A stretch of 38,756 nt of DNA, taken from the IMG/VR virus record IMGVR_UViG_646311923_000010. The stretch is one strand, 5' to 3'. Numbering within the stretch: position 1 is the stretch's first letter; each line of letters begins with the position of its first letter. The stretch comes from a virus. Taxonomy: Duplodnaviria; Heunggongvirae; Uroviricota; Caudoviricetes. Position numbers and translations under genes: made by a program. This document shows, in pieces, positions 7,527 through 17,689 of the stretch. Under the pieces are notes generated by a model, which was not told the DNA's origin, searched no databases, and worked only from the letters and a program-made list of their open reading frames with translations.

Positions 7527-10349
7527 ATGACGGCAGAGTACATCAGGGACTGGCAACAACCGCGCCACGCAGTGGGGCGTGAAGGAACGGGGATCCCCGC
7601 TCCTAAATCCGCGCTTTCCTCCTGGCTGGATGCCTACCGGGTAGAGAACGAGCGCCGCCAGGAAATGGCTGATGCGGCGTTCTCCGCCACGCCGCTGGGC
7701 AACCTGATTAATAAAAACCTGGACGCACAGGAAAAACAGGACAAAACCATCACACTGGCAGGAGACGCCAGAAAACAGGCACGCGGCGCGGTGGATGAAG
7801 CCATGGCCTCGCTGCGCCTGCTGCCGTCCTATCTGCGCGATCCGCTTATTCGCCACCTCTCCTTCCTGCGCAAAAAACAGGAAGCCGATCGCCGGAAAGG
7901 CAAAAAGAGCTGGCAGGCGGAACGCTATGCACGCGGAACCCTGCGCAAAATATTCGAACGTCTGGACCGCACCGACCACCGCTGGCTGACACCGGGTTAT
8001 CGCTCCCTTGCCGGACGCGAACGCCTGGATGATTTGCTTTACCTGCCGCAGCTCAACAAACACCAGATACAGACGCTGGCCACCATGACGGCGGCGATGT
8101 TCAGCAGCACTTTCGAAAAACTCTGCGATGGCTTTGGCGCGACCGATGGCGAGCTGACCATGGATGTAACGCTGAAGGCGTATCAGATGCTGGCCCGCAT
8201 GGCGTTACACCTGCACGCCATGCCTCCACATTATGACGCACTGACAACAGACAAAGACCGGAGGAACGAACCGGACACGGAGCTGCTGCCGGGTGCAATC
8301 CTTCGCCTGACCTGTGCGGAATGGTGGAAACGCAAACTGTGGCTGTTACGTTGCGAGTGGCGGGAAGAACAACTCCGCGCCGCCTGTCTGGTTTCCAGAA
8401 AAACATCGCCCTATCTGAGTCAGGACGCATTAAGCGAGTTTCGCGCGCAGCGCGAGAAAACACGCGATTTCCTGAAAAGTTTCATGCTGGAAAACGAAGA
8501 CGGGTTCACGATTGATCTCGAGACAGTGTATTACGCGGGAGTAAGTAACCCGGTTCACCGTAAGGCAGAAATGATGGCCACCATGAAGGGGCTGGAACTT
8601 CTGGCCGAAGCCCGTGGCGACAGAGCGGTGTTTCTGACTGTCACCTGCCCGTCAAAATACCACGCCACAACAGAGAACGGTAATCCGAATCCCAAATGGA
8701 ACGGGGCCACCATGCGCGACTCCAGCGATTACCTGGTTAACACGTTTTTTGCGGCAGTCCGCAAAAAACTGAACCGCGACGGTCTGCGCTGGTATGGCAT
8801 CCGCACGGTGGAGCCTCACCATGACGGCACCGTGCACTGGCATATGATGGTCTTTGCTCATCCGGAAGAAATCGACACCATTGTGTCCCACACCCGCGAT
8901 ATTGCCATTCAGGAAGATCGTCACGAGCTGGGTGATGATATTACCCCACGCTTTAAGGCAGAGTACGTCGACGGTTCGAAAGGTACGCCGACCAGCTACA
9001 TCGCCACCTACATCGGAAAGAACCTGGACAGCCGCGCCGTGGGTGGCATTGACCCGAAAACAAGCAAGCCACGCGTTGATCACGAAACCGGAAAATCAAT
9101 GGCCGAGAGCGTGGAACGCGCCATCGGCTGGGCGCGCCTTCACCGCGTCCGCCAGTTCCAGTTCTTTGGTATCCCCTCCCGTCAGGTATGGCGTGAACTC
9201 CGCCGCCTTGCCAGTCAGATGGCCCGCAACCCGGAAGGTCCACAACGTCTGGAAAATGACGCAATGGATGCGGTACTCGCTGCCGCTGATGCCGGGTGTT
9301 TTGCCACCTACATTGAGAAACAGGGTGGCGTACTTGTTCCACGCAAGGATTACCTGATTCGCACCGCCTACGACCTCGCAGAAGAGCTGAACGATTACGG
9401 CGAGCAAAGCGTACAGATTTACGGGATCTGGTCGCCACAAATCGGGGAATCTTCCCGCGTGTGCACGCACCCGGATAACTGGAAGCTGGTAAGACGTAAA
9501 CCGGAAGCGGAAGACAGCGCCCGCGAAAATGGTTTTGACCTTCAGGGCGGCCCTGCCGCCCCTTGGACTCGTGGCAATAACTGTCCCCGTGTACAGGAAA
9601 CGAACAACAACGGGACAGAACAGCCGGAAGAACGGCCAGCACCGTGGCCGCAGCTCCCTGATGGCGTTGAAGTGAACGAATGGATGCGCTCACTGAAACG
9701 GCACGAACGCCGGGCGCTGATGCGTTCGCTTCGTGACAAACAGGCAAAAAACAGCAGTGATGAAATGCAGAGCTGGACACAGAGCCGCAAACAGCAGCGG
9801 CCTTTGCCTGATAACCACGAATTACTCGCTAAAGAATGGCGGGAATCTGCCGAATCTCTCGGCCTGCATATCGGTGAACAGCAGATGCAGCACCTGTTAC
9901 GGGGCGGCAGCCTGTACGTTGACGGCAGCATCATTGCACCGCAGGGATTTGAAATTGTACGCAAACCAGATACCCGCCCGGACAGCCGAATCACGCAGCT
10001 CTGGCAGCGCCTGAGCCGTAATCACGGCGTAAGCAGCACAGAGATCCGCCATAACCCGGTCGCCAGCTATCTGGAACAACTGGGGGCATCAGACCCCGAA
10101 GCCGCCGCACGTCTGGCATCCACACTTCAGCAGGACCAGAACACCATGAAAACCCCCGTTACCGTGCTTTCTGACATGCTGCGCGCCATCCGTGACGCAG
10201 AGCACGCACAGAGAATCAGTGAAACCACTGAACGCGCCCACCGCAAAGCAGACCTGCTGCGGGGTAGCCTGACCAGTGGAAACAAAAAACAGACAGAAAC
10301 GGGACTCACAAATCCCGTAAATGAGCAAAAAACGCGCCGCGATATATGA
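7527..10349 (+). CDS. A: Rolling-circle replication initiator endonuclease, P2 gpA family
   Basis: 940-aa ORF; HUH-type motif VHWHMMVFA and tyrosine pair YIATYIGKNLD characteristic of gpA-type nicking proteins; canonical position in P2 early operon. Confidence 0.85.
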   Translation: MTAEYIRDWQQPRHAVGREGTGIPAPKSALSSWLDAYRVENERRQEMADAAFSATPLGNLINKNLDAQEKQDKTITLAGDARKQARGAVDEAMASLRLLPSYLRDPLIRHLSFLRKKQEADRRKGKKSWQAERYARGTLRKIFERLDRTDHRWLTPGYRSLAGRERLDDLLYLPQLNKHQIQTLATMTAAMFSSTFEKLCDGFGATDGELTMDVTLKAYQMLARMALHLHAMPPHYDALTTDKDRRNEPDTELLPGAILRLTCAEWWKRKLWLLRCEWREEQLRAACLVSRKTSPYLSQDALSEFRAQREKTRDFLKSFMLENEDGFTIDLETVYYAGVSNPVHRKAEMMATMKGLELLAEARGDRAVFLTVTCPSKYHATTENGNPNPKWNGATMRDSSDYLVNTFFAAVRKKLNRDGLRWYGIRTVEPHHDGTVHWHMMVFAHPEEIDTIVSHTRDIAIQEDRHELGDDITPRFKAEYVDGSKGTPTSYIATYIGKNLDSRAVGGIDPKTSKPRVDHETGKSMAESVERAIGWARLHRVRQFQFFGIPSRQVWRELRRLASQMARNPEGPQRLENDAMDAVLAAADAGCFATYIEKQGGVLVPRKDYLIRTAYDLAEELNDYGEQSVQIYGIWSPQIGESSRVCTHPDNWKLVRRKPEAEDSARENGFDLQGGPAAPWTRGNNCPRVQETNNNGTEQPEERPAPWPQLPDGVEVNEWMRSLKRHERRALMRSLRDKQAKNSSDEMQSWTQSRKQQRPLPDNHELLAKEWRESAESLGLHIGEQQMQHLLRGGSLYVDGSIIAPQGFEIVRKPDTRPDSRITQLWQRLSRNHGVSSTEIRHNPVASYLEQLGASDPEAAARLASTLQQDQNTMKTPVTVLSDMLRAIRDAEHAQRISETTERAHRKADLLRGSLTSGNKKQTETGLTNPVNEQKTRRDI

Positions 10350-10425
10350 AGCGCGCACAAAACAGGCAAAAGCGGGATTTAAAAATCCTGTAACCGATTA
10401 ATTAATCAACATAAGGAAAAGCGAC

Positions 10426-11385
10426 ATGAAAATTTGTATCGACGACGGCTCCACCAACATCAAGCTGGCATGGACTGAGAACGGCGAACGCCGCAACGCC
10501 ATCAGCCCGAACAGCTTCAAGTCGGAATGGTCTGCGCCGTTCGGTGGTACGCAGCCCGCGAACTACATGCTTGATGGCGTGCGCTATGGTTTTGATCCGG
10601 TCAGCGATCGCTTTGTCCAGACGACCGACACGCAATACCAGTACAGCGATGTGAATGTCATTGCCATTCATCACGCGCTGGTCAAATCAGGCATCACACC
10701 ACAGGAAGTGGATGTGGTTGTCACCCTGCCACTGAGCGAGTATTTCGATACAAACGCACAGCCGGACATGGCCAACATCAACCGCAAAAAAGCGAACGTC
10801 ATGCGCCCGGTGGAGTACCAGAACGGCGAAGCATTCACTATCCGTAACGTACGGGTTATGCCTGAATCCATTCCGGCAGGCTTTAAGGCACTGGCTGACA
10901 TGAGTCCGTTTGAATCCCTACTGATTGTGGATTTGGGCGGAACCACGCTGGATGTGGCAAAGGTTCAGGGGCAACTGGCAGGTATCAGCCAGGTGTTTTG
11001 CGATCCACACGTAGGCGTTTCTCTGATGGCCGATGCCGTACTGTCGGTGATGGCCACTAACGGTATGCGCACCAGTCACCACATCGCCAATACCATTATC
11101 GAACATCGCCATGATGAAGCCTGGCTGCGCCAGCACATCCACAATGACGCGCATTACGCCAGCCTGATGGCGGTTATTCGTGAAAAGGAAGAAACACTGA
11201 AACAACGCGTGATCCGCGCGCTGGCGGTTTTTTCGGGTTACGGGCGGGTGATGGTTGTCGGTGGCGGGGCGGAGATTGTGGCACCCGCTATCCGCGAAGC
11301 CTGCGGAGTTAATGCGACTTTCATCGCGGACGGGGTGCCACAGTTTGCTCTGGTTAATGGGCTGTACGCAATGGACAAGGAGTAA
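10426..11385 (+). CDS. parM: ParM/StbA-like actin-fold partition ATPase
   Basis: 319-aa ORF; N-terminus MKICIDDGSTNIKLAW and motifs YSDVNVIAIHHAL, VMPESIPAG, LIVDLGGTTLD, VMVVGGGAE align with recalled plasmid R1 ParM. Confidence 0.8.
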   Translation: MKICIDDGSTNIKLAWTENGERRNAISPNSFKSEWSAPFGGTQPANYMLDGVRYGFDPVSDRFVQTTDTQYQYSDVNVIAIHHALVKSGITPQEVDVVVTLPLSEYFDTNAQPDMANINRKKANVMRPVEYQNGEAFTIRNVRVMPESIPAGFKALADMSPFESLLIVDLGGTTLDVAKVQGQLAGISQVFCDPHVGVSLMADAVLSVMATNGMRTSHHIANTIIEHRHDEAWLRQHIHNDAHYASLMAVIREKEETLKQRVIRALAVFSGYGRVMVVGGGAEIVAPAIREACGVNATFIADGVPQFALVNGLYAMDKE

Positions 11386-11389
11386 ACCA

Positions 11390-11701
11390 ATGACGACACC
11401 AACCAGACGGATAAGTTTCTATCTGAAGCCCGCCGCCGTCAAGAACGAAGGCGAAGCATGCGCATGGCTGGACAGCCTTACACCAGAAGCCCGCAAAAGC
11501 GGCCAACGCGTGGCTTTTCTGGCCGGGCTGGCACTTCTGAAAATGAATCCGGCAGAGGCTTACCGACTGGCTGCATGGGCTGACGATGAGACGTTATCAG
11601 TGACACAAACCAAGACAGAACGCCCCGAGTCACAGCCAGTACCAACCGCACAGATAACCAGTCAGATGGCCGGAAATATCAGGGCGTTATTTCCTGAATA
11701 A
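11390..11701 (+). CDS. parR: ParR-like centromere-binding adaptor
   Basis: ORF 11255..11701; ATG at 11390 four nt after parM-like stop; RISFYLKP...LDSLTPEARKSGQRVAFLAGLAL resembles recalled R1 ParR N-terminal region. Confidence 0.6.
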   Translation: MTTPTRRISFYLKPAAVKNEGEACAWLDSLTPEARKSGQRVAFLAGLALLKMNPAEAYRLAAWADDETLSVTQTKTERPESQPVPTAQITSQMAGNIRALFPE

Positions 11702-11764
11702 CACAACATCAGGGCGAGTTCGCCCTGCTCTCCACCTCAGAACATAAACAAGGAGAACGACATA

Positions 11765-12289
11765 ATGAGCGAAATCAACTATCAGGCATTACGTGAGGCA
11801 GCACAAAACTATCAATCGACGCTGGCGTGGTATGAGGCCATCGCGGATAACCCAAATGCTGAGCAGGATTGTAACGAAGCAGTGGCGGCGTTTAAGCGTC
11901 AAATCCGTCATCAGGAAATGGACATTATCGCCGAGCTGCTGGAAGAACTGGAAACCAAAGACAACAGGATCGCTGAACTGGAAAAAATCGCCACTGACCA
12001 TGCACTGAAATTCCAGAAAGCACAGGACGCATTAAAGTATGCCGCTTTGCTGCATAGCAGGACGGCGCAACAAACAAATAATTTTGCAGTATCGCTTCCG
12101 GACATAAGCGAATATTTCATTAATGACGTATTTCAGCCCTTGCGATACGAGCGGGATGTTGAAAGAGCCATCATAAAGGCTGGCGGAAAAGCATTGTGGC
12201 AGGAGAAACACGAGGACAGAACGCATCAGTCCTGCGATGTAAATCGTGGATGGTTTAGCCCACTGACGACAGATAAAAATAACACCTGA
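11765..12289 (+). CDS. Ead/Ea22-like coiled-coil protein (function unknown)
   Basis: 174-aa ORF; N-terminus MSEINYQALREAAQ typical of Ea22-like phage proteins as recalled; central coiled-coil segment. Confidence 0.5.
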   Translation: MSEINYQALREAAQNYQSTLAWYEAIADNPNAEQDCNEAVAAFKRQIRHQEMDIIAELLEELETKDNRIAELEKIATDHALKFQKAQDALKYAALLHSRTAQQTNNFAVSLPDISEYFINDVFQPLRYERDVERAIIKAGGKALWQEKHEDRTHQSCDVNRGWFSPLTTDKNNT

Positions 12290-12328
12290 TCCCCCTCAAA
12301 CCAGGGCGATAATCGCGCATCGCCCTTC

Positions 12329-12355
12329 TGCACAATAGTGCACAAATTTGCACAA
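12329..12355. repeat. Three direct TGCACAA repeats at exact 10-bp phasing
   Basis: TGCACAA at 12329, 12339 and 12349; follows a GGGCGAT-loop-ATCGCCC hairpin at 12304-12325. Confidence 0.7.
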
Positions 12356-12779
12356 TTTTTTTGAACGACTTTTTACCCTTCCGGCCCGCATGGCGGCTGG
12401 ATCCGTCAAGGATCCGTGCGTGCACAAAAAAACGCGTTTTTTCTGCGCGCAGGTGACGGGGGAACAGCCCGCGTTTCAGGGGGGGAATAGCGTTCCCTTA
12501 ACGATGTCGCAGCGACACGACAGAATGGCCGTATTTCTCACGCTGAGCGTGAAAAATACGTGAGGGATTCTGGTTTGATGGGGTGAAAGGTAAGGCCGTC
12601 AAAATCGCACTGAGGCGGCGAGAACATGCAGTCAGCGCAGTGGGATTGCGTAAGAGTCTGACCGTCGATGATGGCAATAAGCAGGAAAGCGTCGTGAAAT
12701 TATCTGACTGATACAGGAGCTGGAGAGTCGGGGCATAAATTTTTTATGCCCCGGCGAAGCAGCAGACAAGCGAAGCGCG

Positions 12780-13826
12780 TCAGGATGTGGGCTGGGTATC
12801 TAACAGTGCGTAAGGGTTAAAGCGGATCACCTCTTCGCCAAGCCAGTCATTGATGTGCTTCATGGCCTCCATGACGGGCATCAGCTCGTTAATTGCGTAA
12901 ACCCGCGCGGCCTTCTCCACATCACCAAACGCACTTTTTTCACCCGGCATCGCCCCCATCAGTTGCGGCGGAACGCGGTGCGCAGCCAGTACATCATCAC
13001 GGGATGCCGCCTTAACATTCATGAACTCATCCTTTGCGGTGATCTGCTGGAACGGCAAAATTTGCACACCTTCTTTGCCCCCGTTGGGCGCATGAATGAG
13101 CACGTTTTTAAATGCACCACCACCACGCGCACCCTGTAACGTTTCTTTCAGGGAGTCCATGCTTTCGCGGTTTACCTGCGCTGCACCGATGTAGATGATG
13201 CACCCGGCGTGGGATCCGTTGTCGTAGTACAGTTTTCTGAACATGTCCGCCGAATGAGAAAGGCTGGCCGAGAGTAATGCGCCAAGATATTCCGGCATGC
13301 CGTAGATTTCCTGGTTAATATCCGGATTCATCAGGTGGCACACTTTGCCAGGGCGAAACTGAAACGCATCCTTGCCATCCTGCACATACCACCATGATTC
13401 AAGATCGCTTCCGCGTCGCATGTATTTCGCCAGGGCGTGCCGTAATTTAAGCGGTTCGCCGAGCATATTGCTTCGAAGCTCAAGGAATGCGTTACCGAAC
13501 ACAAACCAGTCCAGCGCCAGCGCCGAGAAATCCTGCCGGGAAAGCAGCGGGTGCGGGATGTAGCAACCGAGCAATACATTGCGCTTAAAGTAAAGCGCAG
13601 ACTGATGCCAGGACGTTTGCCGGGCGGCTCTTGCCAGACCGTACCAGTCCACCGGGGTTTCATACCACCGCCCGTTATCAGCACAGTACATATTGTCCAG
13701 CAGGTCATGCCCGGTCAGGCGATAAGGACCATCAAATGTGAATGCACTGAGCGATGATTCTTTCCTGAGCGCATCAGCGAGATCAATGCGTGAACTCATG
13801 CGCACTTTTTTATTTTTTCTGCTCAT
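12780..13826 (-). CDS. Q: Portal protein, P2 gpQ family
   Basis: 348-aa ORF; start ATG overlaps P stop (ATGA) as in P2; position and size match gpQ. Confidence 0.88.
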   Translation of the reverse strand: MSRKNKKVRMSSRIDLADALRKESSLSAFTFDGPYRLTGHDLLDNMYCADNGRWYETPVDWYGLARAARQTSWHQSALYFKRNVLLGCYIPHPLLSRQDFSALALDWFVFGNAFLELRSNMLGEPLKLRHALAKYMRRGSDLESWWYVQDGKDAFQFRPGKVCHLMNPDINQEIYGMPEYLGALLSASLSHSADMFRKLYYDNGSHAGCIIYIGAAQVNRESMDSLKETLQGARGGGAFKNVLIHAPNGGKEGVQILPFQQITAKDEFMNVKAASRDDVLAAHRVPPQLMGAMPGEKSAFGDVEKAARVYAINELMPVMEAMKHINDWLGEEVIRFNPYALLDTQPTS

Positions 13827-15577
13827 CAGAACTCCATAACCGTGAAACGCTCGTTTTCTCCTTCGCCGCCAATTGGTTCGTTAATGACAGCAAGCATGGT
13901 TGCCCACGCAAGGTCGCCGTGGCTGATCCCCCTCGCGCGGTCCGTTTCGTAAGTGATAAAGCCGCCCGGTGTTTTCACCTTACGCACGGCGTTAAAGGCC
14001 GCGACCAGCTCGCGTTCGGCGCGATCGTATTCCCACCGCCCGGCACGCATTATTTGCAGCATTTTCAGTACCAGCGACCGTTTTGATGACAGCGTGAAGG
14101 TGTACGGAATAGCGGCAGGGAAAAACCGTTTCACTATCTGATAAACAGCCTCCCCGTTCCCGCCCGTCACATCAATGCCGATGTGTTCCACGTTGTAGCG
14201 ACACGTGAACTCTTCAATGACTCTGGCCTGTTCTTCAAACTCCAGCCCCTGAACGCGTCGCGTCTCCACCGTTCGAAAACGGCCACCAGGAACAGCCGGA
14301 GGAACCACCACGGACACAGCGCCGCTGTCGCCGTTGCCACTGCTTCCGTTTGCGTCATACCCAATCCATACCGGACGATTCCCCATCGGGCGGGGAGCAA
14401 AAGGTTTCCAGTCTTTCCAGTCGTCGTATCCGTCAACACCGCAGCCAATCAGGATATTCAGGTTAAATGCCGATTCCCCTTCGCGGACAAACTCACACAT
14501 ATAGAGATTGAGGAACTCGTCTTCGGTGTTTTCATCACGAATTTCGTCGATATCGGTGTGTTTCCAGCCGTGATTAACCACATCTTCCAGCGTGACAATT
14601 TGCCGCCACGTCCGGTCAGGGCAGATAAGCCCGTTATGCAGCGTTTTCCAGTCCACAGAAAAACGCTGGCGTTTATGCGAGGCCTTTTTCTCGTTCCAGC
14701 GGTCGCCGTTCCAGTAGGCGTATGCCTCGTGCGTTTCGGTGGATGGCGTGGAGAAGTAGGTGCGCCGCAGTCCGCTGAGGGTTGCCATAGCGCCAGCCAC
14801 CTTGCGCAGTTCAGCAAAGCGACTGACCCAGAAAAATTCATCAAAATAAAAATTGCCCGTATAGGACTGTGCCGACGCAGCAGAAGTGCCGAGAAAATGC
14901 AGCTCTGCGCCGTTGGAGAGGATGATTTTATCGCCCCCTTTCAGCTCCACATCAACTTCAGCCGCGGCCTTCTGAATAATGCTTTTAAACTGGAACGCCT
15001 GACGACGCGACGCAGACAAAAAAATCTGGTTACGCTGGTAAGGTTGCGCCACATCGTCACGCAGCGCCATCAGCAGTGCTTCCTGTGCAAAATACCAGGT
15101 CGCCCCAATCTGTCGGGATTTCAGGATCATCCTGTTACGTATCCCGGCTTCCCTGCAAAGGGTCAGGGAGTCAAACCAGCCCCGCTGATGCCACTCCAGC
15201 CTGCTGATGATTTTTTCCCGCAGTGCGGCAATCTGTTCCGGCGTGAAATGATTTTTGAGTTTTTTCGCCCGGCCTTTCTTTCCTGTGGCCGTCGCATCCG
15301 GCTGGCCATCATGCAGTTTTTTAAGCTGCCGGGTCAGCAGGTCTATTTCCTTAAAGTCACCGCCTGTTTTATTCTGTTTTTCAGTAAGCTGGATGAGGCG
15401 CGCATCGATGGACTGCGTGACACGCTGCACGGGTGGCGTTTCATCCCACTGGTCGCGTTTTTTCCACGCATAAATCGTGTTCGGGTTTATTCCCATCAGA
15501 CGTGATATTTCTGCGGGCGGATAACCCTGCCAGTAAAGTTGCCGCGCACGCTGGCGCACAAAAGCGTCCTGAATCAT
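13826..15577 (-). CDS. P: Terminase large (ATPase) subunit, P2 gpP family
   Basis: 583-aa ORF upstream of Q on the same strand; N-terminal HTH-like segment; size and position match gpP. Confidence 0.88.
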   Translation of the reverse strand: MIQDAFVRQRARQLYWQGYPPAEISRLMGINPNTIYAWKKRDQWDETPPVQRVTQSIDARLIQLTEKQNKTGGDFKEIDLLTRQLKKLHDGQPDATATGKKGRAKKLKNHFTPEQIAALREKIISRLEWHQRGWFDSLTLCREAGIRNRMILKSRQIGATWYFAQEALLMALRDDVAQPYQRNQIFLSASRRQAFQFKSIIQKAAAEVDVELKGGDKIILSNGAELHFLGTSAASAQSYTGNFYFDEFFWVSRFAELRKVAGAMATLSGLRRTYFSTPSTETHEAYAYWNGDRWNEKKASHKRQRFSVDWKTLHNGLICPDRTWRQIVTLEDVVNHGWKHTDIDEIRDENTEDEFLNLYMCEFVREGESAFNLNILIGCGVDGYDDWKDWKPFAPRPMGNRPVWIGYDANGSSGNGDSGAVSVVVPPAVPGGRFRTVETRRVQGLEFEEQARVIEEFTCRYNVEHIGIDVTGGNGEAVYQIVKRFFPAAIPYTFTLSSKRSLVLKMLQIMRAGRWEYDRAERELVAAFNAVRKVKTPGGFITYETDRARGISHGDLAWATMLAVINEPIGGEGENERFTVMEF

Positions 15578-15731
15578 TGCTCCCCCTGAGTAATTACAGG
15601 AAGATTACCCGCGCGCGAAACTGTTCTCCTTAACCCCCTGTTCTGGCCGTTTTCTTACAACAAAAGCCCTTTGTATCAGCCTGTTACGCTTTGCCATCAT
15701 GACTGAAGAACCAGTCAGAGGGGCAAAAACT
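15578..15731. promoter_or_regulatory. Divergent late promoter region between P and O
   Basis: 154-bp intergenic region between divergently transcribed late operons; canonical TGT-N12-ACA activator site not found by eye. Confidence 0.4.
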
Positions 15732-16568
15732 ATGGCTAATGAAAAAAAGACATCCCGCAAAAAGTTTCGCGTGGCTGTCTCCGGATCAACTGTTGATGGC
15801 CGTGAAATCAGTCCGGTGCATCTGCGTGAAGCCGCCGAGAACTTCAACCCGGATGTTTACGCTGCCCGCGTGAACGTTGAGCACTATCTCTCGCCATGCC
15901 CGTCAAGCGAATTTTCCGCAATGGGCGATGTCACCGCACTGAGTACGGAAGACATTACGGAAGGTCCGCTGGCCGGACGTACTGCGCTGTATGCAGAAAT
16001 CGAACCGACCGAGCGCATGAAGCAGCTTGTCGCGGACGGCAAGAAAATCTATTCCAGTATCGAACTGCACCCGCAGTTCTCCGTTAACGGGCGCGCCTAT
16101 CTGGTCGGGCTGGCGATGACCGACACCCCGGCAAGCCTGGGCACTGAGCGCCTGAAATTCACGGCACAGCAACGTCAGGCGGTAATGACGTTCAACAGTG
16201 TCCAGGGTGAAGCGCCGCTTATCTCCGAAGCCATCGAGTCTGAAATCATCGAAATGGCAGAACAACGCCAGGAAGAAGGCACCCAGTGGTTTAACCGCGT
16301 AATGGGGATTATTGGCCGTGGCCGCAAAGCGGATGACGCCAGTTTTTCCCGTATTCAGGAAGCGGTGGAAGGCGTCGCAACGTCACAGGCCGACATTATC
16401 GACCGTTTTAATGTGCTGGAAACCCGCCATCAGCAGGACCGCCAGAAAATTACGTCACTGACCACAGAGCTGACAGCACTGAAGGAAAAACTGCGCACGC
16501 AGGACGGCGATCCGCAGAACCGGTTCACCGCAACGGGCGCAGCCTCCGACCAGCTGGCTGACTTCTGA
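15732..16568 (+). CDS. O: Capsid scaffolding protein, P2 gpO family
   Basis: ORF 15699..16568; start set at ATG 15732 (MANEKKTSRKKFRVAVSG) by alignment to recalled P2 gpO N-terminus; shared LVGLAMTDTPASLGTE motif. Confidence 0.85.
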   Translation: MANEKKTSRKKFRVAVSGSTVDGREISPVHLREAAENFNPDVYAARVNVEHYLSPCPSSEFSAMGDVTALSTEDITEGPLAGRTALYAEIEPTERMKQLVADGKKIYSSIELHPQFSVNGRAYLVGLAMTDTPASLGTERLKFTAQQRQAVMTFNSVQGEAPLISEAIESEIIEMAEQRQEEGTQWFNRVMGIIGRGRKADDASFSRIQEAVEGVATSQADIIDRFNVLETRHQQDRQKITSLTTELTALKEKLRTQDGDPQNRFTATGAASDQLADF

Positions 16569-16591
16569 TAAGACAAAGGAGCAAATTTTTT

Positions 16592-17644
16592 ATGAATCTG
16601 GTGATGTCAGATATTACCCGCAACAAGCTGGGTTGCTATATGGCGCAGCAGGCGTCGCTTAATAATATCCCGGTTTCTGCGCTGGTATCGCGATTTACCG
16701 TAGAACCCTCGGTGCAGCAGCGTTTTGAAAACGCCTCAAAGGAAAGCACCGAATTTACAAAAAGAATTAACGTGATCGGCGTGACCGACCAGAAAGGCGA
16801 AAAAATCCTCCTGGATACCACAGGACCGATTGCGCGCACGAATACCAGTTATGACGGCACAAAACGCCGTAACCCGAATAACGTGGTTGATCTGAAAAAC
16901 CGCAAATACCAGTGCGAACAGGTGAACTACGACACGTTTATTTCATATCCGCAGCTTGATGCCTGGGCGGCACATCCTGATTTTCAGTCCCGCATCAGCG
17001 CACAGATTGCCCGACAGGTGGCGCTTGACCGCATCATGATCGGTTTCAACGGCACGTCTCACGCGGATGAGTCCAACTTCAGCACCAACAAGCTGCTTCA
17101 GGACGTTAACGTGGGCTGGCTGGAGCACATCAGAACCGACGCCAGCGAGCGCGTTATGAATGACGTGACGCTGACCTCCCGCAACATGGACAACACCGTG
17201 GCGCATGCGGGTAAGTATGCGAACGCTGATGCACTGGTACAGGACGCACGCTCATCCCTGCTGGATGAATGGCACAAGGAAGCTGACGACCTCGTGGTGA
17301 TTATGGGGCGCAACCTGTTTAACTCGCTGCGTCTGCCCGTGCTGAACAGCATCAGCGGCCAGAATCCCAATGCGGAATTACTTGCCGGGCAGCTCATCCT
17401 GTCATCGCGCACCATTGGCGGGCTGGGCGTGTTCCTTGCGCCGTTCTTCCCGGATGCAACGATGCTGATCACCTCGTTCAACAACCTGTCGATTTACTGG
17501 CAGAAAGGTTCAATGCGTCGCCTGATGAAAGACGAACCGGAATACAACCGCATCGCCACCTACCAGTCCATCAATGACGCTTATGTCGTTGAAGACTATG
17601 GCAAGTGCGCGATGGTCACTGGCCTGAAGTTCGCCGACAGCTAA
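16592..17644 (+). CDS. N: Major capsid protein, P2 gpN family
   Basis: 350-aa ORF; FTVEPSV, MIGFNG, DYVVEDY motifs shared with recalled P2 gpN; AAGGAG RBS. Confidence 0.9.
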   Translation: MNLVMSDITRNKLGCYMAQQASLNNIPVSALVSRFTVEPSVQQRFENASKESTEFTKRINVIGVTDQKGEKILLDTTGPIARTNTSYDGTKRRNPNNVVDLKNRKYQCEQVNYDTFISYPQLDAWAAHPDFQSRISAQIARQVALDRIMIGFNGTSHADESNFSTNKLLQDVNVGWLEHIRTDASERVMNDVTLTSRNMDNTVAHAGKYANADALVQDARSSLLDEWHKEADDLVVIMGRNLFNSLRLPVLNSISGQNPNAELLAGQLILSSRTIGGLGVFLAPFFPDATMLITSFNNLSIYWQKGSMRRLMKDEPEYNRIATYQSINDAYVVEDYGKCAMVTGLKFADS

Positions 17645-17689
17645 TCAACTCACGGCGGGCATCATGCCCGCCTGTAACGGAGAGAAAAA

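Noticed and set aside
6990-8063. 357-aa minus-strand ORF
   Set aside because: Antisense to the well-supported gpA gene and upstream early ORFs; composition typical of a shadow frame in GC-rich coding DNA.
8953-9780. 275-aa minus-strand ORF and neighbouring minus-strand ORFs inside gene A
   Set aside because: Arg/Cys-rich shadow frames antisense to gpA.
12348-12563. 71-aa plus-strand ORF in the cos-proximal region
   Set aside because: No RBS, runs across multiple palindromes, unusual composition; more likely non-coding packaging or regulatory DNA.
14183-15505. 440-aa plus-strand ORF
   Set aside because: Lies entirely antisense within the terminase large subunit gene (P); shadow ORF.
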